Assembly (NCBI GenBank): GCA_012295275.1
Contig: CM022667.1
Span: 22,408,595 to 22,472,594, forward strand
Direction: 5' to 3'
Length of the DNA: 64,000 nucleotides
DNA from: Chrysomallon squamiferum
Taxonomy: Eukaryota; Animalia; Mollusca
Shown here: positions 1-12,900 of the stretch, piece by piece
Numbering within the stretch: position 1 is the first letter of the stretch
How the letters are laid out: the number at the start of each line of letters is the position of its first letter
Made by a program: the position numbers and the translations under genes
The notes under the pieces: model-generated
Database searches by the model: none
What the model saw: the letters and a program-made list of their open reading frames with translations, nothing else
Told to the model about the DNA's origin: nothing

Positions 1-17
1 AAATATAAATGCTGCAG

Positions 18-838
18 GGTCAACTTGACATGGAGCAGGAGAAGATGAAAGATGACAGAGAAGATGAGATCTTTAGACTTGGGTCAAGTCGAATGTCATA
101 TCATGCAGAGGATGATGCATTAAAGTCTAACCGTGCTTTGTCGGTTCTGCTTGAGCAAGATCTTGAAGCTACAACACCAATAGGCATTGAGGAGGTTTGT
201 TTCATCTTAATTTCATTTTATTCCTATATTTTGTATTTATTATTATTATTATTATTATTATTAATTTTCTGTTTTTATTAAAAAGATTTAAATTATGAAG
301 TGAATTAAATTATAATCATATTATTTTCAGTAACAATTTTATAATCAGTAGTGTTTTTAATAGATTAATTAATTATTTGAGCCAGTCACACCAAAAAATT
401 AAATATATATAATTTCAGTAATATATATTTTTAAAAATTACAATAAATATAAACAAATGTATTGTTAATAGATTAATTATTTGAATAATTAAAAGAATAA
501 TAATAATAAATAAATATTTAATTTTAAAAATAAAAATAAATACAAGTAATGTTCATGCCTATTATTTCTAATTTCTTATAGGTATTTGATATTTTGCCAC
601 TGTATGGAAGTTTACAGCCTGGTGACACTGAACAAATCACCTTAACCTTTTATGGACATGCTGACATTTGGGGCCAAGTCAAGGCTATTTGTGAAGTTGA
701 AGGTGGACCAACTTATGAACTACTGCTAAAAGGAGAAGCATCGCTGGTTGAATATACTTTTGATACAAGAAACATTGACTTTGGTCAACAGGTGAGTTCA
801 TTAACCCCTTATATATATTCTACCACTTTCCACACACT

Positions 839-892
<54 letters not shown>

Positions 893-3800
893 AACAAACA
901 CAAACGTTCGTATGTGCTCGCCATGAGTCCATCATCTTGGTTATTAGAAGAAGAGCCATTGCATGATTCTTCACTGTAACAAAGACACGTAGAAGCTGCA
1001 TTCCGAGCACAACTCTGCGCTGTGACAGCAATAATTGTAGCTTGTATAAGACTTGGATTGGAATAGAATGCAACGCATGTCTTGAATGCCAGAATCAAAG
1101 TTGACGCTTGCGATTTACATAGCAAAGTCTTCTCCATTTGTCTTTCATAAAGTGGGTCACATGCAAATAAAACATTGGAATCATTCTGTCATGAACATCT
1201 TCTCTCCAAGGTTTTACATACTCACTATTAGATGTGGCTTTGCACACCATCGTCTTTGAATATGAGTTCAGGCAGAACAGGAGTGACATGTTTTTTCACT
1301 GTAAGAAACACACACACACATACCTACTCACTGTTAGATGTGGCTTCGTGCACCATTGTCTTCGAAGAGGAGTTGCAGCAGAACAGGAGTTGCATGTGTT
1401 TTCACTGTAGGAAACACACATGCATTATTTGTAATATTTTAATTAACATACACTTTTAAATTTGATGACATTACTAACTTAATGTGCTTATTCATTTGTT
1501 AACACAGTTTGATAAAGAATAGAGTATCCTTGGACTAATAACTTGATTTAAATATATAACATTTGTCCATCTAATAACAGTTAATATTATATTCTTAAAT
1601 ATTTATTCATTAGGAGAATTAATTTTTAAGAATAAATGTTATTTTATTTTTTATTTCTAATTATTTCAGATGTATGATCAGCTTGCATCTTCAGAGATAA
1701 CTCTTATCAATACGGGAAAGGTTGGTTTCCACTTCAATTCCATCAACATGGACCCATCTCTGGCCAAACACCCACCTCCAGGAATTCCTGTTATGATGCC
1801 AAATTCTGTGAGTAACAATGCAACGGAAATAATGTTAAACTGCTGTCTACAAAATTAATTTGATATTAACAAATAAATTAAATTAAAATGACAGTAAAAG
1901 GTAAATTTCTATTATAAAACAGTATCTTGCTACAGTGAGTTATTATAAAGTAGTCTTTTTGTACCTAATTAAAAATGATTTTTTACATTCAAGACATATA
2001 TCACATAATTATTTTTGCCATCAAACAAGTACATTATTTATCTCATAATATTCATTTCATGAAATTAGAAATGTTTTTTTTTTTTATTTCATTACTTTAC
2101 TTCCTTTCTTTTATTCTTTTATTCTTTCATTCCAATTTCTTTCTTTTTATTTCCCAATACAATTAAATTTAAATAATTAATTTATAATACATTATAGATT
2201 TCTTATTAAATAATTTGAGTATTTTCTAAATAAGTAATTTATAATACACTTTATATTTAATAATAAAGAATTTGAGCATTTTCTAAATTATAGAATTAAA
2301 ATACACTTTACATTAAATATTTACTAAATAAGTAAACTAAAATGTGTTTTAGATTTCATATTAAATTAATTTCAATGATTTTAAACACTTTAAATTTTAA
2401 AGAATTTTATTGGTAGGGATACATTGAACCGATGAGTGAACAGGTTCTTACTGTGAAGTTTCTGCCAGGAATTCCTGAAAAGTTCCACAAGAATTTCCTA
2501 ATTCAAGTAGCACACTTTGAGCCAGACAACATCAATTTATATGGTGAGGGCATGTTCCCTAGAATCTCTCTTGACCTTCCACGTCTGGTGGATGAAGAGG
2601 GTCATTACACTGCCCTGCTGAAAGAAGCTAAAGAATCCTTGATGAAAAATATTAAGAAGAATTCCTGTGGACAGGTAGAATAAATTTGACATCATTGGTG
2701 CTTATCATTTTATAAATAATGCTAAAAACTAAAATAGAGATCAGTTCATAATATAAGAGAAATTCAAGATCAAATAATATTTCAGATTTTTTAGAATTCA
2801 TTATTAATAATATAGCAATAACAATAATAATAATGACAAATAAAATAACAACAAAACAACATCAAAAATAATAAAAATAATAATATGGAGTCCATGGTTA
2901 TTTTGTAAAATCATAATATATCTGATTGTTTTTTTTTAAAACAATTTGATTTTTCATAAATTAGTTATTATCTACAAATCATAATTAAAAATATAGTTTG
3001 TTTTTAGTAGTAGATTATGGTGTTAAAGGCTTACATCATCAGCACAAACACAATAGTTTATTACATTAATATAAAATGTCAGATTTAACTCCTTTTGAAA
3101 ATGTCATTGTCTCATTGTCAGGGAGAACAAGTTATTAATATTAGAACTAGCTTTGGGTTTGGCTGTACTGGAATTTCTTTCTATATTATTTATATTCTGC
3201 AGGTTTTGTTAAAATAAATTGTTTTATGTATTTTTCTGCTTCTCTTAGCTGGAAACAATTCCCTCAGATCTTGAACTTCAGATGGAAATAGAACGTCTGG
3301 CTGTGAGAAACTTTGCATTACAACTGCAGCATGAGATGTCATGGCTAGAGGGGGTCAACATGCTGCCTGACAGCAACACCAGCCACCACAGTCAGACAAC
3401 AGCAGAACCTAAACAAGGAAAAAAGAAACATAAACTCAAGTTTGTGATGATACTTTCAATTTAAAATCTCTTCCCAGTTTCAGGACCTCATTTAGAACAG
3501 AAATACTTTTATATTTTGATTAATCTATAATTGATATAGGTCTATTTTGTTAACATCTGTATAATGCTTAATGTGCAGTTACTAATCTGTAATAAAAAAT
3601 AAATTATAAAATTTAAAAAACTGAACATGTTAAATATATTTTCATATCTATTATTTCAGGGCCCAGCTACCAGAATATGTTCTTGATTTTGGCTATGTTG
3701 TGCTTGGAACAGTGAGAACTCATGTGGTTCATGCCACAAACACTGGACCATTTCCTGTTTCATTCCAAGTGGAACATGAAGATTTGAGAAGTCACGGGTT

Positions 3801-6800
3801 TTATGTAGAACTTGACAGAGTCAGAGACTTGCCTGGTGCACCTGACTACGAGACTGTAGATTTTGTTGTCAGCTTTGACCCACGAGGAGCCAATCTACAG
3901 TTGGGACCAGTGGAGACTGTTGTAAATATAAAGGTTAGAAGAGCTATGGCAGATAATAACATTCAGTAACAAGTAATTCTCCTTGCATTTATAATTATGG
4001 ATACTGACAAATGAAATATCTTACATGCTTTTTATCTGATATATCTTCAGTTACTTATGTCAAATTGAAAGTACTTAGATCTTACTGCTGCATAAGTTAT
4101 TTTTCATAAATCAGAAGAAATATAATTCCTGGTCAGATATATTAAAACTCAACTTACTGAACAGATACTGGAAGTTAATAGCTCTAGCATTTCTTTTTAA
4201 TAATGAAACTCAATTCAATGAAAGTTGTATAACCTGAGTTATAATGTCAATTTAATATATATATATATAAAAGTGTAGGTTGTTGTTGCTTCTGAAATAA
4301 ACAAAAGTTACTATTCTATATATGTAAACTGTTGGCTGATATTACTTCAGATTATGAATGGTCCAGCAGTGTTTATCAACCTGAAAGCCATTGTGACAAT
4401 GCCAGACATGGAAATCTCTGATGATGTGTTGATGTTTAATGCAGTCCGCTGCGGCGAGTGTAAAGTCGTCACTGTACAACTACACAATCATCAACATGTA
4501 CCATGTGAATGGAACTCTTTACCTCTCAACAAAGATCGCAAAAATGTAAGATTTAAAACATAATATGAATATAATTTGATGATTTGGTAATTAGAAAGTT
4601 CAAATAATAAATCTAGGCTTTAGATTTATAATTTTGATTTATAATTTAGATTTATATTTAGTGTTCAGAATTTATTTAGTTTTATTTTGGCTGTAAATGT
4701 TTTTACATTAATGAATAAAAAAGATATCTAAATTTTTCTGGTTTTTAATGTTAGTAAAAAAATAAAAACATATTAAACATTTTATAAAGTTCATATATTA
4801 TTATTATCATCATCATCATTATTATTATTATCCAATATAGAAATGATTAAATTTCAATATAAAATTATCACTCAGGCTGAAAAGCATGTCCCGATGCATT
4901 TACGCCGAAAGTTGCGCCATGAGAAGAAGAAACCACTGCACTTTGAAATGATGCCACCAACAGGAGTGTTGATGCCAGGACAGAGAACCAATGTACAAGT
5001 GAAGTTCATGCCAACAGAGGAGGTACAAATTAGATAAAATTATCTCAAAACACAAATAGGAAATAATAATCCAAATAAAATTAAACTTCCTTCTGATATT
5101 TGAAGCTGTCTTATTCATTTAGAAACCAGCTATTTCTTTTTTTTAATCAAATTAAGTTTGTTATTTCATATCTATGGTGAGGTATATTCTAGCTGGTAAG
5201 ATGGTGTGATGACAGTGGTAAAAAACATTTTGTATTACCATTACTCAGTTAAAATTGAAAAGTCATTGTGTTAAATATTCACTCATTATTTATTGACTCA
5301 TTTATTCTAGTATTTTGTATTTTTAATTATATTTTTCAATCCATTATAATATAACTTAAAATTTTAAGCAAATTGCTGCACACAAATTGTTTTCTCTTAG
5401 AAACCTTAGTGTAACTGAAGTTTAATAACATCTTATTTGTTCATTATCATTTAATTTGATCGCTCATTATTTATGAGTCTTCTTGTATGAATTTAATAAC
5501 AGTTATATAATTATAACTTTAACAATCTTCTATTATTTACAGAAATTTTATGAACACAGAATTTCAATTCGGATAGCACAGAGCAGTCAGAGGATTCTAC
5601 TTTTATGCAGAGGTCAAGGTCTCGAGCCCCGTCTTGAGTTTGATCACAGCCTGGTGGAATTTGGACCGATTCTGCCTCACAGTAGTGGAGATGAACAGGA
5701 CATTATTGTGAAAAACCCATGTAGCTTTCCAATAGAGTTCTACAACCTTGAGTTTGACTCAAATTACTTAGAAGAAGAAAAAGTAAATGAAGATCATTTT
5801 CTTACATAGAATATATATGAAAAAGTTTTTCTTTTTGTTATATAAATGTTTTAAAAGTAATTTAAGATTTTGTATTGCAAACTACAATGTTAGGTTGACA
5901 AGATAACCCACACTTATATATATTATGCTACAGTAACAGTGATGTATTTATGCTTGTTACAATAACATTGTTAAATAATATTGTTATATGAGACAGATGT
6001 TAAATTAACGCTGTTACCAGCATTTTATATGTTAAAATGAGATTTTTATTATGTGGTAACTTACAATATTTCTTTTATATTTTATATTACAATTTCACTG
6101 TTGGTGTTTGTATTGATATGTTATATTACAATAATAATGTTATACCATAACAGGTTCTCCGACTGATGAAAGGTTATGATGAATACCAAACAATTCTTCT
6201 GCCTCCTCGTGGACCTGGAGAAAAACTTCCAATAGAACTGTTGGAATACTATGAAGGTAAAAATACATAACTCTTTCTTATCTCCATAGCCAAAGTTAAT
6301 TAATTCATTGTATTAATATAAAAATTCTTGGACATATTTAATCTGGTTCACTGCTCAGCATAGTATCTATGTTAATATGTTAGTGAAATGTAATGCACGT
6401 CTAATCCTGGGATTGATTTTTGTAACTGTCATTCTTGAAACAGAGCTGAGTATATCAATATATTTTTCAGTTAGTACATTATTTTTCATTCAACAAAATG
6501 ACCTGAAACAAATATTATTTTTGAGCAATCATATATGTGTATATATATGAATGTTACAATCATTCTGTGAAAGAAGTCATTTTGTATAATGCCTTAAGTC
6601 TAATAAAATAAAATTAATAAATATATAAAAACAACATTAACATTTTTTTTACATTGTTTCTAAACATATATTCTGTTCTTATTCAAATAAAAGAGAAATT
6701 GATTTTGAAAACTAAATAGATTATGAAATTGTGTTAATTGTAGTATATAAAATGTTGGTAACAGTTACTTTAACATTTATATCATGTAACACTGTTCCAG

Positions 6801-8025
6801 AACAAATGAAAAAGTTGGAAGAGGAAGAAGCAAAGGAAAGAGAAACAGAAGCAGCAGCCATGTCAACAAGAAATGAACAGGATGGCACTGACAAAGAAGG
6901 TTTGGTGGACTTTCCTTCTTCTTGTTTTTAAAATTATTATTACTACTATCATCATTATTGTTATTCTTGTTATTACTTTTATTATTTTAATTATTGTTGT
7001 TATTGTTGATGTTATTATTACTGATACTGTTGTTTTATTAATAGTATTGTTAATGTTATTGTTGTTGTTGTTATTATTATTATTATTAGTAGTAGTAGTA
7101 ATATTATTAGTTATCTTGTAAGAAATCATCCATAATAATTTTTTGTTATTTTAACAGGTGAAGGCATTGATGAATCATTCAGAGATGGTGAATCAGAAAT
7201 GAAGACTGACACTGTACCAGCTATGACAACAACAGCACCATCACGAAACGAAACACCAAAAGAACAAAATAAAGAAATGTCAACTGATGATGACAACATG
7301 TCATTAGATGGTCAGTTTGGAATTAAATAATTAATTTGTATTTTGATACAAAATATTTAATTATTATCTGATATTTTTAAAATAATAAACTTTTAAACAT
7401 AATTTTGTTAAGTATCATGAAACAAAGGATAAATAATGTAGATAAATGTAGATATATTGTTTAAAAAAAAATTGGAAAAATTAAATTTGTGTGTATTTTT
7501 TTTAACTTATCAAATGTTTTTGCATTCTTAGCCAGAAACAATTTAATCAGATCTTGCATTTCAAAAGGAACTTTAAATCAAATTATCTTGCAAAGGACAC
7601 TAACAAGTTTTTGAAGTTAACAGAAAAATCTTTGATCTGAAATGTTTTATTTATTTATTTATTTATTAAGTTATCAAGGATTAAATTTCACAAACTTACA
7701 TTTCACATACTAATAAGTTAATAATCATTTTTATTTTAAAGAGAAGAAAGATCAGATTAGCAGCGCTGGTGTAGGAGAGCTGGAGATTACACCAGTCTCT
7801 GCAGCCATTGCCCGCCATCTTGGAATTGACCTAACACCTGAGGGTAAAGCAGCTCGAAACAGACGTGGAATTGCTATCATTGTACATGGAGCACCAATGT
7901 CAGGTGAGTTGTTTTGATTTCTGATATTCTGCATCTTCTCTTGTATGTAGAAATAATTGCTATGATTTCCTTATTATTATTATTATTATTATTGTTATTA
8001 TTATAAGTAGTAGTAGTAGTAGTAA

Positions 8026-8069
<44 letters not shown>

Positions 8070-9868
8070 GTAATAGTAGTAGCAGTAGTATTAGCAGTAG
8101 TATTAGTATCATAATAGTTATTATTATTTAATTATTTGTTATTATTGTGTTTTTGTTGTTTGTTGTTGTTTTTGTAGTTAATATTTTTATCATTCATTGA
8201 TGGAACTCTCCCTATGGCTTAAAATAAATATATTATTTTTATTTCAGGTAAAACTAGCACAGCTGTCAAACTGGCCAAAAGGTATAAAGCAGCAATTCTT
8301 ACTGTTGATGGGGTTGTCATGGAGTCCATCTCCAATGGCAACACTGTTGCTGGTAAGAAGGCCAGAGAACTGTGTCAGGAAGCTGCAAGGAAAGCTGAAG
8401 AATTGAAATGTCTGGATGGTGAGGATGGAGAAAAGAAGATGATGGCTGGAGGTCTCAGTGTGGAGGCTGTCACAGCTCACACTCAAGGTGTTGGTATGTG
8501 TGTTAAAAATAATTATTTTTGAACAACTACTGAGATAGGAGCATATGTGTGTGTGTTTCTCTGCACATGTGAGTTTGTATCTGTACGTGTGTGTTAAGTG
8601 TGAGTGGCTGTCAGTGTATGTGTAAGTGTATCTGAATATATTAAATATTAATTTAAATAACACTTAATCATTTTTTCTGTAAAATATTAATTCTATTTAA
8701 CACTTGTTTTAAATAATTCTTTCATTCCGAATTTAAACATTTAAAAATGTGCTGCTAACTGATTATAAAACATCTAAAAGGTGTTATTTATATTATATTA
8801 TATATTAGCTGGTAGTGGGGTTCAGGGGAGCAATCGCAAGACAAGCACAATCACAGATTCAAAGACAAAGGACAAACATCATGGTGGCAGTATCCTTGGG
8901 GTGAAGACAGCAGTGAACACATCATCTGTAGAGGGAGGAACAGGAAGTCAGGTTTGTTAATGTACTGATATATATGTTAGATATGCTTTAACTATAACCA
9001 TACAAAAATGTTGATCTTGTTGTATTTCAGAATGTTAATTTTGTTTATGTCTCAGAATGCTTTTTATCATAAATATGAGTAGATTATGAGTATATTTAAA
9101 TAAATTGACTGTAGTATGATTTATTTTAATTATTTGGAAATCATTATTGAATGCTTTTTTCATAACTTTTATGGTTGAGAGAAAATTGCACTCAAAATCT
9201 GATAACGAGAAATCAAATAAAGATTAATAAATATTCAATCATATTCATCTATAATTTTGTTTAACTACTGTTTATTTCAGAAGGTGAATTACTGAAATAT
9301 CTTATGCCAGCTATTCCATACATTAACATAATCCATTATCTGCTTCAGTTTAAGTTTGTTATATGCAGGTTCCAAGCAGTCCTCCACCTCTTGTTGCCCC
9401 TGTAGCTCGTCGTCTTAGCATCAGTGCCAGTGTTGCTGGAGAGGAAGGACTCATGAGTTGTTTGTTACCTGAGGAACTTCTTGTTGATATTCTAGCAGAG
9501 AGAATGCAAGTAAGTGTGATTCATTGATGTAATGATTAACATTTCTCTAGTAATCATTTTTATTAATATTCTAATGATCAGATGCAAGCTTTAATTATGA
9601 TTTATTTCAGAAATATATAATCATTACATTAATTTAAATTTTGGACAGATGCAAGCTAGTGGATTTAATGTCATACTCATTGTTATAAAGATTTATCTTC
9701 GAGTAATTTAACGTTCAGATTCTAGCACAGATAATGCATGTTAGTATAACATTTTAAACTTTTTGTGTATAATTTACTTTAATATAACTGTCAATTTGGC
9801 AACCTGATAAAATGTACAGATATTGTGTTTTTATAGTCTCACTCACACACACACACACACACACACAG

Positions 9869-9904
<36 letters not shown>

Positions 9905-12900
9905 TATTTTTTACATCATGTTATATTATTTCACAGCTGGATGACTGTCATCGTGGAGTTGTGTTTGATGGTCTGGAGACACTGTTTTCTATGAATGTCC
10001 TCACAACAGCCAATGCCATCCTCAAAGCTTTCAACAACAGACGATTCATCTTCTTTGTCACACTTAAACTTGACTACAACATACTGAAAGAGCAAGAGAA
10101 GAAAGAGTTTGAAGAAAAGGGTATTCTTACATCACAGTGAAAAATTAACACTGTTAATAATCAATAAAAATACATGTAAACCTAATAAACAATATGAGTA
10201 AAACTAATAAGCAACATAAATAAAATTATATAAATAATCAGAATAAATAAAATAAATAAAACAAATAAAAATGTCATATAAACAAATAGTATACGAATAA
10301 ATGATAAATAATTAGTATATCAATACTTCAGAAATAATAAAATATAATATTTCAGTATACTAAAGAAATTATAATCTTATGCTAAAACCAACTGTATCAA
10401 ATATGAAAATACTAAAATAGAATTATGCAACCTATAGCAGTTAATGAAATGATATAACTAAACATTTTTTAACTTTTGAGAAGGACTTTTATAACACTGT
10501 TAATTGAAATGCTATAGCAAGACTGTCTTGTTAATATGAAAATATATATATATATATATATGTGCTAAAGTAGTGAGTTAACTAAATGAATAGATCAACC
10601 TTTTAAAAGTATAAATCTTATTTTTTGATGTTGCAGAGCAATTGCCTTGTCAAATACTACAAAGTAATTTACTAAACAGATAACCTTTTTAAAAATACAA
10701 ACCTATAATAGAATTTTGTTTGAAATATTACAGAGCAATTGGCAAAGCAGGCAGAAGAAGCAGAGAGACAGAGATTGGAGGAGATGTCAGAAGATGAGTA
10801 CGATGCACTCAGTGAACAGGAGAAAGCTTATGTTGATAAAAAAAGACTGGAAATAAAGAAACTCAGAATTAAAAAGTAATTTATTTTCTTTATTAACTAA
10901 AATACAATCAGACATCTGTAAAACCAATGGTTGTTTGTTAATATTTGTGGTCTAGACAATATAACTTACTAAAAAAATTACTGAATAATTTTTGGACATT
11001 TTTGTTTACTGTATTATACTTTTATCAAATTTAAATTTGGAGTTTTGAATAAAAATAATATTTTTTGATAGGATTATTTTTCTTTTCTTTATGCAGAGAG
11101 CTGGAGGAGAAAGCTGAAAGAGAAAAAAGAGAAAGAGAACAAAAAGAAGAAGAAGCAAAAAGACAGGAGGAGGAAGCGTATGTAACTGTTAATAATATAA
11201 ACTTATTTTTAGTCATTTTTATTTACTGAATTTTACTTATCTATACTATTAAACAAATTATGGTTGTTAGCTAAGATCACTTAGTCCCTTAATCTGTATG
11301 ATTTATAGTCATATAAAAATAAATATTCATATACTTTTTCTTTTTTTTCTTTTTTTTTTAATAAGGATTTTACAGGAATATATTTTTCAACTTGCACAAA
11401 TATTGAATATTTTTTTAGAGGTTACAAGTCGTTTTAGTAAGAATGGATATGTTTTTAATTATTAAGATTATTAAAGTGAAAAAACTAAAATTTCCATTCA
11501 GAAAAAACAAGAAAAATAAAAGAAACAAGGGAGGGCAGCAAGAGACTAAAGAGAAGGACAAAAAGACTGCACAGGCTGGGCGCAACACAGCTCAGCCAGG
11601 TTCTGACAGAGTGGGACAAAAGTCTCAGAGTGGGGCTAGACAACATGACGGTGACCATGCAGGCAAAGCTGTATCAAGTATTGAACGTCCAGAGTCTCAT
11701 CATACAGAGAAAAGTGACACACAGATGGATGATATGAAGTATGTAGTGACTTTTGTTTGATTAGAATGGCATTACTATACAAACACTTATTATTATATTG
11801 TTATAATAATGTATTTTTATCATCCACATCTTCATTATGTGAAGCATTATTAAAATATAAAAATGTTGGTGAATTATTTGCAAACATATAATTACTTATT
11901 TTGATTAACATAACAAAAGTAACTATTAATATATTAGTCATGTATTACATATTAAATTATATCTGTACTATTTATTTTTTATGTACACTACATGATTAAA
12001 TAAATTAGTGTTGAAACATTTATATACTAACATAGTGTATTTTTTATGTCACATTGGTATATTTATTATCATTGAAATACAAATATTATTATTTATTTAC
12101 TTAATTAACTCTTGTAAAATTAGATGATCTTTATAAAACTTTATTTATATTCTTCATGACAGGGATTTGTGAGATTTGTTTTGGTTCACTTTATTTATTT
12201 TATTATTTTTATATTTAATTATTTTCTTTTTCTTTTAAAAATGGCATTAATAATGATTTAAGAGTGGGCTTTGTTATAGTCTTTTTTATTTATTTCTATC
12301 TTTTTTCTTTTTCTTTTTTAAAAAGGGTTTAATGGAAAATGTATTTATATGATTAGACAAAAAAGTACTTGATCTAAATAACATATGCCAATAAAATAAA
12401 ATATAAAAGTAAAAAATGGACTAAATTTGATAATATATTTAATTGTCTAAATGGAGGTTTTCTTTCACATATGAAAATGGCTACTTAATAAAAATCTAAC
12501 TTTGTTTTGCTTACAGGAGAAAGAAGAGTACAAAAGATATAAAGATTATCAAAGGTAAGGAGACAGAGGGGCAGGTTGTAGCAGGCCAACAAGATGATCA
12601 GGTGAGGGATCCTGCTAAAGAGGCAGAACTGCTCCTCATTCAGAGATTCCGGACGTTTGAACATCTCCAGAATGATCTCTGCTATCTCCTGGAATTCTGG
12701 GACAGAACATCCCTGCAGGTCAAACGTCCAGTGACACCATCTGAAAAATCTGATGATGATGGAGGTCAGCATCCTCCCTCAGGAAAGAAGGGAAAGGGTA
12801 AAGGTAAGTTTGAACTATAGTGTTATAAGATTATTCAGTCATTATAAAATACTAAGAAATATAATTGTAACAGTGTGATTACATTCTATAATATTATGAT

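Larger units (their letters stand above)
7742..10120 (+). other. HYDIN: Adenylate-kinase-like (P-loop) domain region of HYDIN
   Basis: Exon 7742-7903 spliced to 8248 gives [15 protein letters not shown]|KT (Walker A split by an intron); exon 9937-10120 gives [15 protein letters not shown], the AK-type GxxxDG motif. Confidence 0.85.

Noticed and set aside
5894-5907. Second X-box-like sequence GTTGACAAGATAAC
   Set aside because: Several mismatches to the RFX consensus; expected by chance in 64 kb.
6863-7129. Hydrophobic and poly-Asn ORFs (also 801-1137, 14507-15047, 23183-23290, 28647-28829)
   Set aside because: Translations of (TAT)n/(TTG)n/(CA)n microsatellites in introns; no coding signal.
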